Positions 17,951 through 28,612 of a stretch of 64,000 nt of DNA are shown here, one piece after another; position 1 is the stretch's first letter, and each line of letters starts with the position of its first letter. Below the pieces are notes generated by a model, which worked only from the letters and a program-made list of their open reading frames with translations, was not told where the DNA came from and did not search any database. Where the stretch lies: positions 230,413-294,412 of the forward strand of contig JBBTRF010000001.1 in NCBI GenBank assembly GCA_038065315.1. Reading direction: 5' to 3'. Position numbers and translations under genes: made by a program. Source of the stretch: Patescibacteria group bacterium. Lineage in GTDB: Bacteria > Patescibacteriota > Minisyncoccia > Phycocordibacterales > JBBTRF01.

Positions 17951-20800
17951 CTAGTGGGCCGCCACCCTAGCCAATCGGTTGGCTACTTCCCTCGAACGAG
18001 CTGCAAAGATGCCGCTCCCTTTCGACAATCCGAACGGCTTCAACACCTCATCAGTATGCGCCTCCTGGAAACGGATCAGTGCACGCTGAGTCCTGGCGCC
18101 GAAATATTCCGACTCATTCCCCGACGAACCTGGGCCCTCGGTCGCCAAAAGAAAGCCTTGGCGATTCAACAAACGCTGCAGTTCGAGCACGTCAGGACCA
18201 GTCGCCCCCAGGCGAAGGGTACGACTGAAGCCGGAAAATACTGCTTGTGAGGTCAGCAAAGGTGTCTCCCGAACGGATTTTGAAACAGCGGCCGTGGCAA
18301 GAGGTGTCTGATCATGATATACCACCCTGCCGTCCGGATACACCGTCTGTGCCCGCGGTGCGACATATCCCAACAGCGCGGAAACCGAGCCGGTGAAGAT
18401 CGGACCATTCGCCGCACCGGAAGAGCTGGAAGCTGCCGCAGAAGCCGTCGAGCCAAAGATCGCAAAGTCGGAAAAAGCGGTCGTGCTGCAGGTCACCACT
18501 CGAGAAGTGGTATTGGTGGAACATCCAGACAGCGCATGCCAATCGGAGCCGTCATATCGATAAATGACCAGAGTGGAATCATCAAGACTCGATACATCGG
18601 AAGCAGAATACGAAAGCGAAACCGTGAGCGCCTCAGAGAAAGTCGAGAGCGTAGTGGTCGCATCGATCAAGGCTTTCAAATTAAAAACCTTGTCACCAAC
18701 ACGATTCTTGCCAGAGGGCACGGAGACGTTCAAAAAGAACGCCGTACTATCGAGCTCATGAGCCTGGAAGACGGCCGAGGTCGTCGTGCCACTAAAGGAA
18801 GTCGGCACAGTAAGAGACAGGACTCCTTCTGTCACGGTGCCGCCGGCGGCAGTGGTGATAGCCTGTGATTCACTGGCGGTGATAGAGGCACTAGAGGTAC
18901 AGCCAGTGGTGTAGAAGGTGTCATCTGTAGAAGTCCCGATATTCCCGACGGCATCAGTGCTGGATGCTTGAAAATGATACTGCGTGCAGGCTGTCAGGCT
19001 AGCAAGACTGACAGAATGGCTCGTCACTCGCGGCGACGTGTCCGTCTCGACCGTCGAAGTGCCGTAGCTCGAAGACGGACCAAAGTTCACCATCGAAGAA
19101 GCCGCCTCGTCGGTGGTCCAAGTGATGGTGGCGGTAGTTGTGGCGGTCGAAGTAGCGACTGAGGTCAATACTGGGGCAGCATTGTCGACCGTGAAAGAAA
19201 CGGTGCTCGAGGTGGCGTAATTGCTCGATGTATCACGCGCGACCGCAAAAGCGCTGTGCGCGCCGCTTGTAGTGGCGGTGGAATTCCAAGTAATCCCGTA
19301 GGTCGAAGTGGCATCCTCGCTCCCTTGCAGGGTACCGTCCACGTAGAAGGAGACGCCAGCGAGGGCAATGTTGTCGCTCGCCGTCGCAGTAAGAGATACT
19401 GCACTGCCGCCCACGGTAGCAGCAGCCGAAGGTGCCGTCAGAGACACGCTAGGAGCCGTAACATCAGCAATACCGCCAGCACCGTATTCATACGCACCAA
19501 TATCCGTACTGCCGCTCCTCGTGCCGCCACGCTGGTCGGTGCCGGGAATAGACACTGTGCCATTGGCCGAAGTGTTGCCGGCATCGATCGCCACCGAATC
19601 GCTCGACAAGGCCAAGGTCTGCACACCATTGGATGTGCTATTGTCGGCCAAAGAAGCGCTGAGGCTGAGAGTCGATTGATCGCCAGTGAGGTTACCAGTA
19701 CCGCTCCAGGTCTTGTTGGTACTGTACTCGACCACGTTGTAGCCGTTGTCGGTGATGCGTCCCGCCGAGCCGGACACGACATAGAAGTCGTTCGCTGTAC
19801 TGTTCCCGGTGTTGTTGGCAAGGATGGTGTTTTTCAAAATGAAATTGTAGCCGTCGGTAACCGACTCGAACATCACGCCGCCGGCGCCGGCTGTGGCCGT
19901 ATTGTTGGCGATAGTGCTGTTTGTGACCGTAAATGAGTTTGGATAATACACCTGCAAAGCGCCGGCGTAGGAATTGGTGCTGTTGCCGGAAAAGGTGGAG
20001 TTGGTGATCTTTGTTGTCACAAACCGAAAGACGCCAAGCGCTCCAGACGGCTCGGCATAGCTGTAAGCAAAAGTCGTTGGATTACTACTACTCGCAACAT
20101 TGGCTGAAAAAGTGGATGCGGTGATATTGATCGTGTTGCTCTGGCCTGAATAAATACCGCCGGAACCGTAATATTTTCCGTTGAAGGTGTTGTTTGCGAT
20201 CGTCGAAGTCGAAAGATTGAGAGTGCCGCTGGCGTCGTGTTTCAAAGTGATCGCGCCGGCACCGTAATAATTGGTGGTGGAGTTGTACCAATTGTACGAA
20301 ATGGTCGAATTTTGCACCGTAAGCGTACCGCTCGTAGTGATGCCACCAGCCGTCTCCGTGGCCGTACTCACGCCGTAGCGGATGGTGACGTCTTTAATAA
20401 CCACAGTCTTGCCAGAGCTCACTGTAAACACGCCTCGGTCAGCCGTATTCTCCGAACTCGCTGCCTGGATAAAAGTGACGCCCGCTCCCTGCCCTTGAAT
20501 TGTGAGGCTTTTCCCTAGCGTGTAGCCGGTGCCGGAAGCATCACCCGTCTCACCGGCACTGGTCCAATCGAAAGTACCCGAGAGATTGAGAGTGTCCCCA
20601 GAAGCTGCCGCCACGGTGTACCCTTTGTGGAAAGTCGCGTAGGGCGTACCGGAAGAGCCGTCACCCGTCGTATCGTTGCCGGTCGAGCTGTTGACGTAGT
20701 AGGTTGCCGCAGAGGCCGCCGCCGGGAAAAGAAACATGCAGAGTAAAAAAATACTGGCGAACAGAACGCTACGAGCGCGACTTTGCATACTCCAGGCCAT
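17951..20800 (-). CDS. Large secreted/surface protein: beta-helix, Ig-like, FnIII-like and C-terminal peptidoglycan-binding domain
   Basis: Signal peptide, ATYYV...GND.GDGS, GGA-type repeats, DQRG..R...DIGAYE, D.TAP Ig units, LRLGATGPDVLELQRLLN...FG..T..A..RFQ; S/T-rich. Confidence 0.85.
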   Translation of the reverse strand: MAWSMQSRARSVLFASIFLLCMFLFPAAASAATYYVNSSTGNDTTGDGSSGTPYATFHKGYTVAAASGDTLNLSGTFDWTSAGETGDASGTGYTLGKSLTIQGQGAGVTFIQAASSENTADRGVFTVSSGKTVVIKDVTIRYGVSTATETAGGITTSGTLTVQNSTISYNWYNSTTNYYGAGAITLKHDASGTLNLSTSTIANNTFNGKYYGSGGIYSGQSNTINITASTFSANVASSSNPTTFAYSYAEPSGALGVFRFVTTKITNSTFSGNSTNSYAGALQVYYPNSFTVTNSTIANNTATAGAGGVMFESVTDGYNFILKNTILANNTGNSTANDFYVVSGSAGRITDNGYNVVEYSTNKTWSGTGNLTGDQSTLSLSASLADNSTSNGVQTLALSSDSVAIDAGNTSANGTVSIPGTDQRGGTRSGSTDIGAYEYGAGGIADVTAPSVSLTAPSAAATVGGSAVSLTATASDNIALAGVSFYVDGTLQGSEDATSTYGITWNSTATTSGAHSAFAVARDTSSNYATSSTVSFTVDNAAPVLTSVATSTATTTATITWTTDEAASSMVNFGPSSSYGTSTVETDTSPRVTSHSVSLASLTACTQYHFQASSTDAVGNIGTSTDDTFYTTGCTSSASITASESQAITTAAGGTVTEGVLSLTVPTSFSGTTTSAVFQAHELDSTAFFLNVSVPSGKNRVGDKVFNLKALIDATTTLSTFSEALTVSLSYSASDVSSLDDSTLVIYRYDGSDWHALSGCSTNTTSRVVTCSTTAFSDFAIFGSTASAAASSSSGAANGPIFTGSVSALLGYVAPRAQTVYPDGRVVYHDQTPLATAAVSKSVRETPLLTSQAVFSGFSRTLRLGATGPDVLELQRLLNRQGFLLATEGPGSSGNESEYFGARTQRALIRFQEAHTDEVLKPFGLSKGSGIFAARSREVANRLARVAAH

Positions 20801-20917
20801 GTCGAGATATTGTATCATCTGATGAAACGGCGACAATGCACAAAAAGCTCGTGCGGGAAAAGAAAAAAGCGCCGTCCCTCGGGGCGGCGCTTCGCGAACA
20901 CTGGACCAACAGACCGC

Positions 20918-22756
20918 TTAGGCGGGGGCGGAGGCGGAGGCGGTCGGAGCCGCTTTCCTCGCCGCAGTGCCCAATCGGTAGAGGAGCCGCTTTTCTTCGT
21001 CGAGACTCTTGATGAGCTCGGTGAGGATAGCAATCTGCGCCTTGCACTGACCGTTCAGTGACTCCACAGCGATGCGGACTTCTTCCTGAGGCATCTGTCG
21101 CAGGTTGGTCGCTGCTAGACGCAACGCCATCATCCTCCGCTCAAGAGCAGCGGAGTAATCGCTCGGCTTGACCTTCCGTGTCCGCTTGTGGACGACGAAT
21201 TCTTTGCCGAGCATCTTGATCGTCGCTCTGATGAGGCCTCTGGTGGGCTGCTGTTTCGCCTTTTCCCAGATTTCCAACTGCCTTGCCGGGTCGATCCGAG
21301 AGAGCTCGACAGCTTCCGCTAGACGGATGCGGTCGGACTTCGGAGTCGGCGGGTCAAGGAGCGGTTTCAGCTCTGGGACGAGACGCTGCAACGAGTGCAG
21401 ATTGCAGACCGTCACCACGCTTTGGCCGATAGCCGCAGCGATGTTGGTGAGGGACACGCCAACTTCGACCTGGGACGCGATCGCGTTCGAGATCTCCACG
21501 TGCGTGTGGCCTTCGCGGCAGAAGTTCTGGATCAAGGAACCCATATGCTGGTCTGCCTTCGACTTTGGACGAGAAACCGTGATGGCAATATGCGTCGCGC
21601 CAATCATCTCAAGGGCGCGCCAGCGACGTTCGCCGTCGATGAGTTCGAAATCGAACCCATCTTCAGGCGGCGTGAGGCGCTTGACCATGCACGGTGTCCG
21701 CTGACCATGCTTCCGGATGCTCAATCCAAGCTTCTTCAGCTTATCGGGATCAAACCAGACCCGCGGCTGGCCCGGAAAACGAGGGTCGTTCGACGGGGCA
21801 AACGGCCGAACCTTCCCCACCGGCACCACCAATGCTTCAGTGACGTCTGGCGGTGGCGGCACAGAGGTATCAGCCTCTTCGACGGCAGCCCGCTTGATCC
21901 GCCTCTTTCGATACTTGCGTGGCGCCTTCTCCATCATCGCGTTTGGCGGTGCCTTTTCGACAACCGGTTTGGTTTCTGGAGGAGGTGTAGCGACAGGTGC
22001 CGGCATGGGAGCTGGCACTGCGGGTTTGCGCGGCGGCGGAACGGCGGCCGCTGTGGCAATCGGTGGAGCGAGACGCGGGGCGGGCCTGATCGGCACTACC
22101 ACTTCGTCAGGTTCACCCGAAGAACTGCGACCATCCGAGCCTACGCTTCTGTCTGTAACATCAACTTCTTCTGCCCCAGTGACAGTCAGCTCCGGCCTCC
22201 AAACACCACGTTCGGTCGGCTTCTTGACGGCATCGGGCGTGTAGGCACCGAGCCCAACTACCGCCGGATCCGGGACGGCCATCGCATGCGGCATCTGATT
22301 TGCCTGCAAGACGAATCGAGGAGAGAAAACGGGCGGCTCGCAGCCAATGCCTTTGAGCAACCCGAGCTTCGTCACTTCAACTCGCGGATGTCTGTCGCAG
22401 ACATAAAGCCACATGACATGTCCGGAAGACACCAGGAAATAGGTGAGCGATCTGTCGGCACGGAGTGTGTCCGTATCGACGATCTCTCCCTTCTGAACCT
22501 CACGTTCAGGACCGTTGCAAGAAATGACTTGAAATGGCCTCCGACGAAGTGACTCACCTGAGGAAACGACTTCGTGACGGAAGACAAACATGCCGTCTGT
22601 CGGGAAGCCGCTGGCTCCCACGAATCCTGCACTCTGAGACAGGACCTTCCCTCGCTCACCCGCATCATTGCTGATAGCGAGGACGCGGAGTTCAACCGTT
22701 TGCACCGCAGATGCAGAGGTGGCTTTCCCACCCTGCTGTTGGTTTTTCGACTTCAT
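20918..22756 (-). CDS. ParB/Srx-domain protein with long N-terminal extension
   Basis: GQPRVWFD...SIRKHGQRTP, LIDGERRWRA, QNFCRE, HTH-like segment; Pro-rich linker; terminator at about 20861-20892. Confidence 0.8.
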   Translation of the reverse strand: MKSKNQQQGGKATSASAVQTVELRVLAISNDAGERGKVLSQSAGFVGASGFPTDGMFVFRHEVVSSGESLRRRPFQVISCNGPEREVQKGEIVDTDTLRADRSLTYFLVSSGHVMWLYVCDRHPRVEVTKLGLLKGIGCEPPVFSPRFVLQANQMPHAMAVPDPAVVGLGAYTPDAVKKPTERGVWRPELTVTGAEEVDVTDRSVGSDGRSSSGEPDEVVVPIRPAPRLAPPIATAAAVPPPRKPAVPAPMPAPVATPPPETKPVVEKAPPNAMMEKAPRKYRKRRIKRAAVEEADTSVPPPPDVTEALVVPVGKVRPFAPSNDPRFPGQPRVWFDPDKLKKLGLSIRKHGQRTPCMVKRLTPPEDGFDFELIDGERRWRALEMIGATHIAITVSRPKSKADQHMGSLIQNFCREGHTHVEISNAIASQVEVGVSLTNIAAAIGQSVVTVCNLHSLQRLVPELKPLLDPPTPKSDRIRLAEAVELSRIDPARQLEIWEKAKQQPTRGLIRATIKMLGKEFVVHKRTRKVKPSDYSAALERRMMALRLAATNLRQMPQEEVRIAVESLNGQCKAQIAILTELIKSLDEEKRLLYRLGTAARKAAPTASASAPA

Positions 22757-22894
22757 AACTACCTCACTTTCGTGTTGTTCTCGGTGAGAGAAGAGCTTGT
22801 TGGTTGTATTGTCAAGCCTGGCGAAATGATACACGAGCGAGCGACAACATACCACTTGACCGACGAAGCGGTATGTTTCAGAAAAATTTCAAGA

Positions 22895-23263
22895 CTACTC
22901 CCAGATTCCAAATGGCAGCCCAGCATAATGCACCACGACGTAGAGAAAGATGCTGTAGCCAACAATCGCCACGATGAGTGCGATGAGCGTCGTGTTCACG
23001 ATCTCCTGTCGGCGCTTTTTTACTTCATCGAGTGTGCAGATCCCCTTCTGTTGACGAAAATACAGCACGAGGCTCCATGCGAGGAGGATTAAGCCAACAA
23101 TACGAAAGGCCCAGCGGTAGTCGCCATAAAAGGTATCTGCGAGGGAGGAGGCAAAAGCCGCCGTCGACAAGCCGAAGGCAACAAGGATGAGCGGACTCAA
23201 GCAGCACAAAGACGCTGCCAGCACCGGCAGACCCGTGAGCTTCAAGAGATCTTTCGCTTTCAC
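22895..23263 (-). CDS. Small membrane protein with a CC motif (MerT-like)
   Basis: AASLCCLSP in TM1, three TM segments; GTG start 6 nt after TATAAT. Confidence 0.65.
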   Translation of the reverse strand: MKAKDLLKLTGLPVLAASLCCLSPLILVAFGLSTAAFASSLADTFYGDYRWAFRIVGLILLAWSLVLYFRQQKGICTLDEVKKRRQEIVNTTLIALIVAIVGYSIFLYVVVHYAGLPFGIWE

Positions 23264-23295
23264 TCGCCTATTATAACAGATGATAGAATAGACCC

Positions 23296-24489
23296 ATGAA
23301 CAAACAGCGCATCTGGACAATTGTTGGTGCAGTCGCGACTATCGCTACCATCGGCGCAGCAGCCCAGTGGGGCTACGGGTGGTACCAAGGTCGTTTTGCA
23401 CCGAGTGTGCTCGATACATCGGCTAAATCGACTGGGCCAACCTTCAGCACTTCACCATTACCAGCGACGACGACCACTGCTCTCGTCTATTTCGCCGGCG
23501 GTTGTTTTTGGTGTGTCGAGAGTGATTTCGAAAAGCTGCCCGGGGTCGTGGAGGTGGTATCGGGCTACACGGGCGGCACCACAGGCATAGACGGTCCGAC
23601 CTACTCCGAGGTCTCGAGGGGTGCGACCGGCCATCGCGAAAGCGTGAAGGTGGAATATGATCCACAAAGACTGACCTATGCTCAGCTGGTATTTTGGCTC
23701 TTGCGTCACAGCGACCCGACCGATGCGACGGGTTCCTTCTACGATCGCGGCCACCAGTACACTTCGGCCGTGTACTACCAAACCGATGTTGAAAAACAGG
23801 CCGCCGAAGAGGTAATCGCAAAGGTGGCTCAACTAAAAATATTTTCGAAACCAGTTGTGACAGCCATCGAACCCGTCAGCGAATTCTGGATCGCCGAAGA
23901 CTATCATCAAGATTTCTACAAGAAAAACACCACTCGCTACGAACACTATCGCCAAGCCTCCGGCCGCGACGCCTTCTATGCATCAATTTGGGGCAGCGGG
24001 AAATACGATCATTTGTTTGACGCCGTGGCGACGTCGCCAGCAAATGGTTGGACCTCATTCACAAAACCCGACGACACAGATCTCCGCGCCAGACTGACCC
24101 CACTCCAATACGAAGTGACCCAGCAGGCTGGCACTGAAAAGCCATTTCAAAACGAATACGATAGCAACAAGCGCGACGGCATCTACGTCGACATTGTCTC
24201 CGGTGAGCCTCTCTACTCTTCGCTCGACAAATACGAATCTGGCACTGGCTGGCCGTCATTCTCCAAGCCGATTTCTCCCGAGGCTGTGACCTTGCACGAA
24301 GTCAACGGCTGGTTCACCAGGCGCACCGAGGTCCGCTCCCGCTATGCCGACTCGCATCTCGGCCACGTCTTCGAGGACGGACCCGCCCCAACCGGCCTCC
24401 GCTACTGCATGAACTCCGCCGCGCTGCGTTTTGTACCCAAGGAAGATTTGGCAAAAGAGGGCTTGGGGGAATACCTGAAGCTGTTCTAA
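23296..24489 (+). CDS. msrAB: Peptide methionine sulfoxide reductase MsrA/MsrB fusion, N-terminally anchored
   Basis: [38 protein letters not shown]. Confidence 0.96.
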   Translation: MNKQRIWTIVGAVATIATIGAAAQWGYGWYQGRFAPSVLDTSAKSTGPTFSTSPLPATTTTALVYFAGGCFWCVESDFEKLPGVVEVVSGYTGGTTGIDGPTYSEVSRGATGHRESVKVEYDPQRLTYAQLVFWLLRHSDPTDATGSFYDRGHQYTSAVYYQTDVEKQAAEEVIAKVAQLKIFSKPVVTAIEPVSEFWIAEDYHQDFYKKNTTRYEHYRQASGRDAFYASIWGSGKYDHLFDAVATSPANGWTSFTKPDDTDLRARLTPLQYEVTQQAGTEKPFQNEYDSNKRDGIYVDIVSGEPLYSSLDKYESGTGWPSFSKPISPEAVTLHEVNGWFTRRTEVRSRYADSHLGHVFEDGPAPTGLRYCMNSAALRFVPKEDLAKEGLGEYLKLF

Positions 24490-24701
24490 AAATTGACATT
24501 ACCACCGTAAAAATGGTAAAAACTGTCCAGGAAGAAATTCCTGGACTACCCTCTTGAAAAAAGAGGTGGTTGGACCCATTTTGTCCAACCGTGTTTCAGG
24601 ATCGTCTCAGCGGTCTTTGAAACAGTGGTTGTCGGAAACAACACAACCGGGCATAAGGAGCGCCCAGTGAGAGAAATTTTCTCTCCGAAGCAACGACAGT
24701 A

Positions 24702-25730
24702 ATGCAAGACACCCTCAAGATCCACAACGCCGTATGGCCGGGCCTCGTCGGAAAAGGCAGCCCCGGTGCCGAGCCGTTCATTGACCTCGACACCATGCTC
24801 GACCTCACCGCCAACGCGGAAGTGAACGGCGTGAAATTCGATGGCGTTGACCTGTTCGCCTACAATCCGCACATCGACATCGACATCAGTGACGATGGCA
24901 TTAAGGCTCTCGCTGACAAGATCAGGGCGAAGAACCTCATGATCGGCTCCATCGTCGCACCTGTTTGGTTTGACGGCAACGCCATGGGCGGCTCCGATAA
25001 GCGCGCCGGCTGGGTCACCGCAGTCAGGAAAACCTGCCGCATCGCTCACAAGCTCCGCGAAATCGGCGCACGTCCCTGCGGCATCGTCCGCATCGACTCG
25101 GCCTGCAATCCGGAAGACTGGAGCAAGGATCCTGCCGGCAACACAAAGCTCATTGCCAAAACGTTCCAGGAAGGCGGGGCTGTTGCCGCCGAATACGGCG
25201 AACGTCTCGCTGCCGAGGGTGAGATTTGCTGGGGCGGCATGCATTCGTGGAGACACATGGTGGACCTGCTCGAGGAAACCGACCGGCCAGGACTCGTCGG
25301 TTTCCAAGCCGACATGGCCCACACCCTCCTCTATGCCCTGGGCCACAATGCCCCGGAACACCGGCTCCTCCCGCTTGGCTATAACTGGACTGATCCTGGG
25401 CAGCTCGACGAGGCGCTTCGTGTCATGACCCGGTCACTCCGTCCATGGACGATCGACTTCCACGTCGCTCAGAACGATGGCACTGTGAAAGGTGGCGGCA
25501 ATCACGATAATACGGGCAAGCACTGCCCTGTGGATGATCAGAACGGCAAACTGGACATCGTCCGCCACGCCGGCTACTGGATGCGCAACGGCGAAGGCTA
25601 CCCAGTCCAGTCCTTTGGCCACATCTGCTGGGACGGCTGTCTGTTCCCCAACGAGGTTCTCCTGAAGCAGGAAACCTACAACAAGATCCTTACCAAGATG
25701 ATTGCTGTGCGCGAAACCCACGGCTGGTAG
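24702..25730 (+). CDS. Xylose-isomerase-like TIM-barrel sugar phosphate isomerase/epimerase
   Basis: HNA.WPGLVGKG, AAEGEICWGGMHSW, FQADMAH, DFHVAQNDG, ICWDGC. Confidence 0.85.
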   Translation: MQDTLKIHNAVWPGLVGKGSPGAEPFIDLDTMLDLTANAEVNGVKFDGVDLFAYNPHIDIDISDDGIKALADKIRAKNLMIGSIVAPVWFDGNAMGGSDKRAGWVTAVRKTCRIAHKLREIGARPCGIVRIDSACNPEDWSKDPAGNTKLIAKTFQEGGAVAAEYGERLAAEGEICWGGMHSWRHMVDLLEETDRPGLVGFQADMAHTLLYALGHNAPEHRLLPLGYNWTDPGQLDEALRVMTRSLRPWTIDFHVAQNDGTVKGGGNHDNTGKHCPVDDQNGKLDIVRHAGYWMRNGEGYPVQSFGHICWDGCLFPNEVLLKQETYNKILTKMIAVRETHGW

Positions 25731-25777
25731 CAGCTGATGACTACGCGAACTACGCAAAGCCATCGAAAATCACGAAT

Positions 25778-25807
25778 CGCCGGATGAGTCAGTCTGGCGG
25801 TTTTTTT
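25778..25807 (+). terminator. Intrinsic terminator
   Basis: CGCCGGAT...GTCTGGCG hairpin followed by a T tract after the isomerase stop. Confidence 0.65.
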
Positions 25808-25886
25808 ATTGCAAAAAGCATACCGCAAACAAAAAATCGCCTTCCTTTCGGTTGGCGATTTTTTGTTGTCTTTCAGAGACTCAAGC

Positions 25887-26087
25887 TTACGCTCGAGATA
25901 CCTGTGTTGCAGAAGGACCCTTGTCTCCCTGTACCACCTCGAAAGTGAGAACATCTCCCACCTTCAACTGATCAAACATGACTCCTACCAACTCCTTTGA
26001 GTGGAAGAAGAGGTCCTTTGTCTCGCCTTCGCGAGCAATGAAACCAAATCCTCGGTCGGTGAGGGTCTTGATTGTTCCTTTCATCAT
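25887..26087 (-). CDS. Cold-shock domain protein
   Basis: RGFGFI (RNP1), DLFFHS (RNP2), GDKGPSA. Confidence 0.95.
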   Translation of the reverse strand: MMKGTIKTLTDRGFGFIAREGETKDLFFHSKELVGVMFDQLKVGDVLTFEVVQGDKGPSATQVSRA

Positions 26088-26209
26088 TTTGTGTTGTTTT
26101 TTGTTTTTCTATTAGCTGCAAAACTCGACTCGGTTTCCCAGATAGTATACACCAGATCGGGGAAAATAGCGAGCGGCAAAAAAAGCCGCCTTGTCTGGCG
26201 GCCTTTTTG

Positions 26210-26317
26210 CTACTTGTTTCGTGCTGCTCGCTTTGCACTCTTCACCGCTCGACGCTTCGCAGTCTTGCGTGAGCGTGAGGTCTTGTTCTTGATATCCTGT
26301 GCTGCTCGTTTTGCCAT
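26210..26317 (-). CDS. Small highly basic protein (35 aa), not in ORF track
   Basis: MAKRAAQDIKNKTSRSRKTAKRRAVKSAKRAARNK*; TATAAT upstream at about 26358-26363, GCCGCC/GGCGGC terminator immediately downstream. Confidence 0.7.
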   Translation of the reverse strand: MAKRAAQDIKNKTSRSRKTAKRRAVKSAKRAARNK

Positions 26318-26419
26318 GTGAATGTGTGTTGAAAATGAAATAAAGGCTTGTTTGCATATTATACAGAAAAAAATCTGAAAAAGATATGGCTTCTGTGAAA
26401 TCTGACTTAAAAATCACCT

Positions 26420-26794
26420 CTACTTTGATAAATCCACCCACTCGCCAGTCTCAGAATCACGTCTTGCAATATTCCCAGCAAACGACTCTTCACCTTCCGC
26501 ATCTAGGTCGACAAAATTCACGGCCGTCTCAGCTGAACTCATCCCCGGAAACGTGCCGGCTCGCTGATACGTATACACGCGAGTCTCGCCGTCTTTTCCA
26601 GGCACAAACACTTCTCGCAAATAGATACCTTGCTGGTCAGACAATTCTCTCAAAAAATCTGCGCCCTCCGCAAAACGCGCGAGGACTTCTGTCACCTGCT
26701 CTGGTGTGAGAATGTTTTCAGCCACTTGTTCAGGCGCAGTTGCGGTTTCCTCCGGCGGTACCAACGATTCAGGACTCTCGAAGTTTGGTTGCAT
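26420..26794 (-). CDS. hypothetical acidic protein
   Basis: ORF with TAATAT 6 nt before ATG 26794. Confidence 0.6.
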   Translation of the reverse strand: MQPNFESPESLVPPEETATAPEQVAENILTPEQVTEVLARFAEGADFLRELSDQQGIYLREVFVPGKDGETRVYTYQRAGTFPGMSSAETAVNFVDLDAEGEESFAGNIARRDSETGEWVDLSK

Positions 26795-26817
26795 GCACAA
26801 ATATTAGCACATCTCAA

Positions 26818-27603
26818 TCAAATAACCTGCACCTCCTTGCTACGTCCCAACTCCCTCTTGAAATGCTTCAGATACGCCACCAAGATGAAGCTGATAATGA
26901 CCATCAAAAACCAGGATGTTATTTTGCCGGTGGACACCATGTTCCACACATGGACTTGGTCGGGATATTGCCAGGCGCCGAGGTAGGTGGAGATATTCTC
27001 GGCTATCCAGATGAAAAAAGCGACGAGGAGGAAGCCGACATTCATGTGCATCCAGCGCACTTTTGTGGCGACGGTGAAATACACACGCGTCTTCCAGAAA
27101 AAAGCGAACACCACGGCGATCAGAAAGTAGCGGAAATCGTAGATGTAGTGATTGGTGAAAAAGTTGAGATAGATGAGGAGGCAAAGCACGGCGCTCGCAG
27201 CATAGTGCTCGTAGTTGGTCAGGTGCAATTTCATAATCTTCCACGATTGGCTGATGTAGCTGCCCACTGCCGCATACATGAAGCCGCTGTAGAGTGGCAC
27301 AGTCGCGATCTTGAAGAATGCCGCCTCGGGATAGCTCCAGGAGCCGATCCCCGGACTAGTTTTGTACAGCTCGAGAACGAGGCCGATGATGTGAAAGAGG
27401 AAGATAACCTTCACCTCGTCCTTGGTCTCGAGTTTGGTGAAATAGAGGATGGCTTGGATCAGCACCGCAGCAACAAAGAGAAAATCGTATCGCGCAATGC
27501 CGAAAAGCGGAATGTGGTTGGACAGAAAAAGCAACAGAAAGAACGAACCCGCAAAGACGCAGGCGCGGGCTTGTTTGAGGCCGAAGAGGAGGAATTCGTG
27601 CAT
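26818..27603 (-). CDS. DUF817-family membrane protein
   Basis: FGLKQARAC.F, RYDFL, VPLYSGFMYAAVGSY, FFIWIAENI.T...AW.YP.Q. Confidence 0.88.
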   Translation of the reverse strand: MHEFLLFGLKQARACVFAGSFFLLLFLSNHIPLFGIARYDFLFVAAVLIQAILYFTKLETKDEVKVIFLFHIIGLVLELYKTSPGIGSWSYPEAAFFKIATVPLYSGFMYAAVGSYISQSWKIMKLHLTNYEHYAASAVLCLLIYLNFFTNHYIYDFRYFLIAVVFAFFWKTRVYFTVATKVRWMHMNVGFLLVAFFIWIAENISTYLGAWQYPDQVHVWNMVSTGKITSWFLMVIISFILVAYLKHFKRELGRSKEVQVI

Positions 27604-27624
27604 ATGCCTAGCTTCTATAAAAAT

Positions 27625-28491
27625 CTATTTAAGTAACCACTTAACAACTCTTTCCGCCATTAACTGCTCTCTTCCAAAATAACTATGGGATGCGCCCTCG
27701 ATAATATCAATTTCAAAATTTGGAGCATTTATTGCTTTATTTTTTATGAGTTCCAGAGCCTCTTGTTGAGGAAGGATGGCCGCATCGTCTTTTTCGCCCA
27801 AAAAAGCTAGAGTTGGAACTTTTATTTCCGCGATTAAGGAGGGCTTAGTTTTGTCATATGTATTAAAAATATCAACCGGCTTGTCTCGGGTATTCAAATC
27901 TACATATGTATATGCAGATAAATAATAGTAATCCCAAATTTTGACAGGCAATAATTCTCCACCCTTCCCACCCAAAATCATCTTCTCAGCCTGAGAAAGT
28001 AGGTCCTTGTGATTACTTTCCTTTTCTGCCAAACCAACCATGTCTGGTGGGGACATTAAAATTAATTTTTTAATTCTTTGATCCTGCGTTTTGGCTGCGT
28101 AATACACAACCTTCACGGCCCCTAAACTATGTCCACACAGGGTTATTTCTTCATATCCACTTTTCTGGAGATAATCAACTGCAGATTTAATATCAAATAT
28201 GCATTCCTCAAATTTTTCGTATGCATTTCCAATTCTTCGATATTTTTCTTCTGAACCCGGAATTGGGAAATCGGCAACGATGTCATGACCTCGGGTATTT
28301 ATACTTAAAAAAGTCTGCTGTGCCTGTGTAATGTGCTCGGCCATGACATCAATGAATCTATTCTCATAGAAGTTACCGCCCATGCCATGTATATGCAAGA
28401 AAGCTTTTCGGCTCAATACATCTGGACTATAAACCAAACCTTGCAGAATCAACTGATCTTCAGTTGTAAATCTTATAAATTCTGTTTTCAT
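27625..28491 (-). CDS. Alpha/beta hydrolase (DUF1749-like)
   Basis: HIHGMGGNFY, GHSLG nucleophile elbow, GEKD, GASH; lower GC than flanks. Confidence 0.85.
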   Translation of the reverse strand: MKTEFIRFTTEDQLILQGLVYSPDVLSRKAFLHIHGMGGNFYENRFIDVMAEHITQAQQTFLSINTRGHDIVADFPIPGSEEKYRRIGNAYEKFEECIFDIKSAVDYLQKSGYEEITLCGHSLGAVKVVYYAAKTQDQRIKKLILMSPPDMVGLAEKESNHKDLLSQAEKMILGGKGGELLPVKIWDYYYLSAYTYVDLNTRDKPVDIFNTYDKTKPSLIAEIKVPTLAFLGEKDDAAILPQQEALELIKNKAINAPNFEIDIIEGASHSYFGREQLMAERVVKWLLK

Positions 28492-28612
28492 GACTTTATT
28501 ATAGCAAACCAAATCATCCATTCCGTATTCCAATCACAATCCCCCCCATCAGTAATCCTGACTAAACAATGACTAACCTCATTAGATGAGGAATTCGTCC
28601 GTAGGCAAAAAC

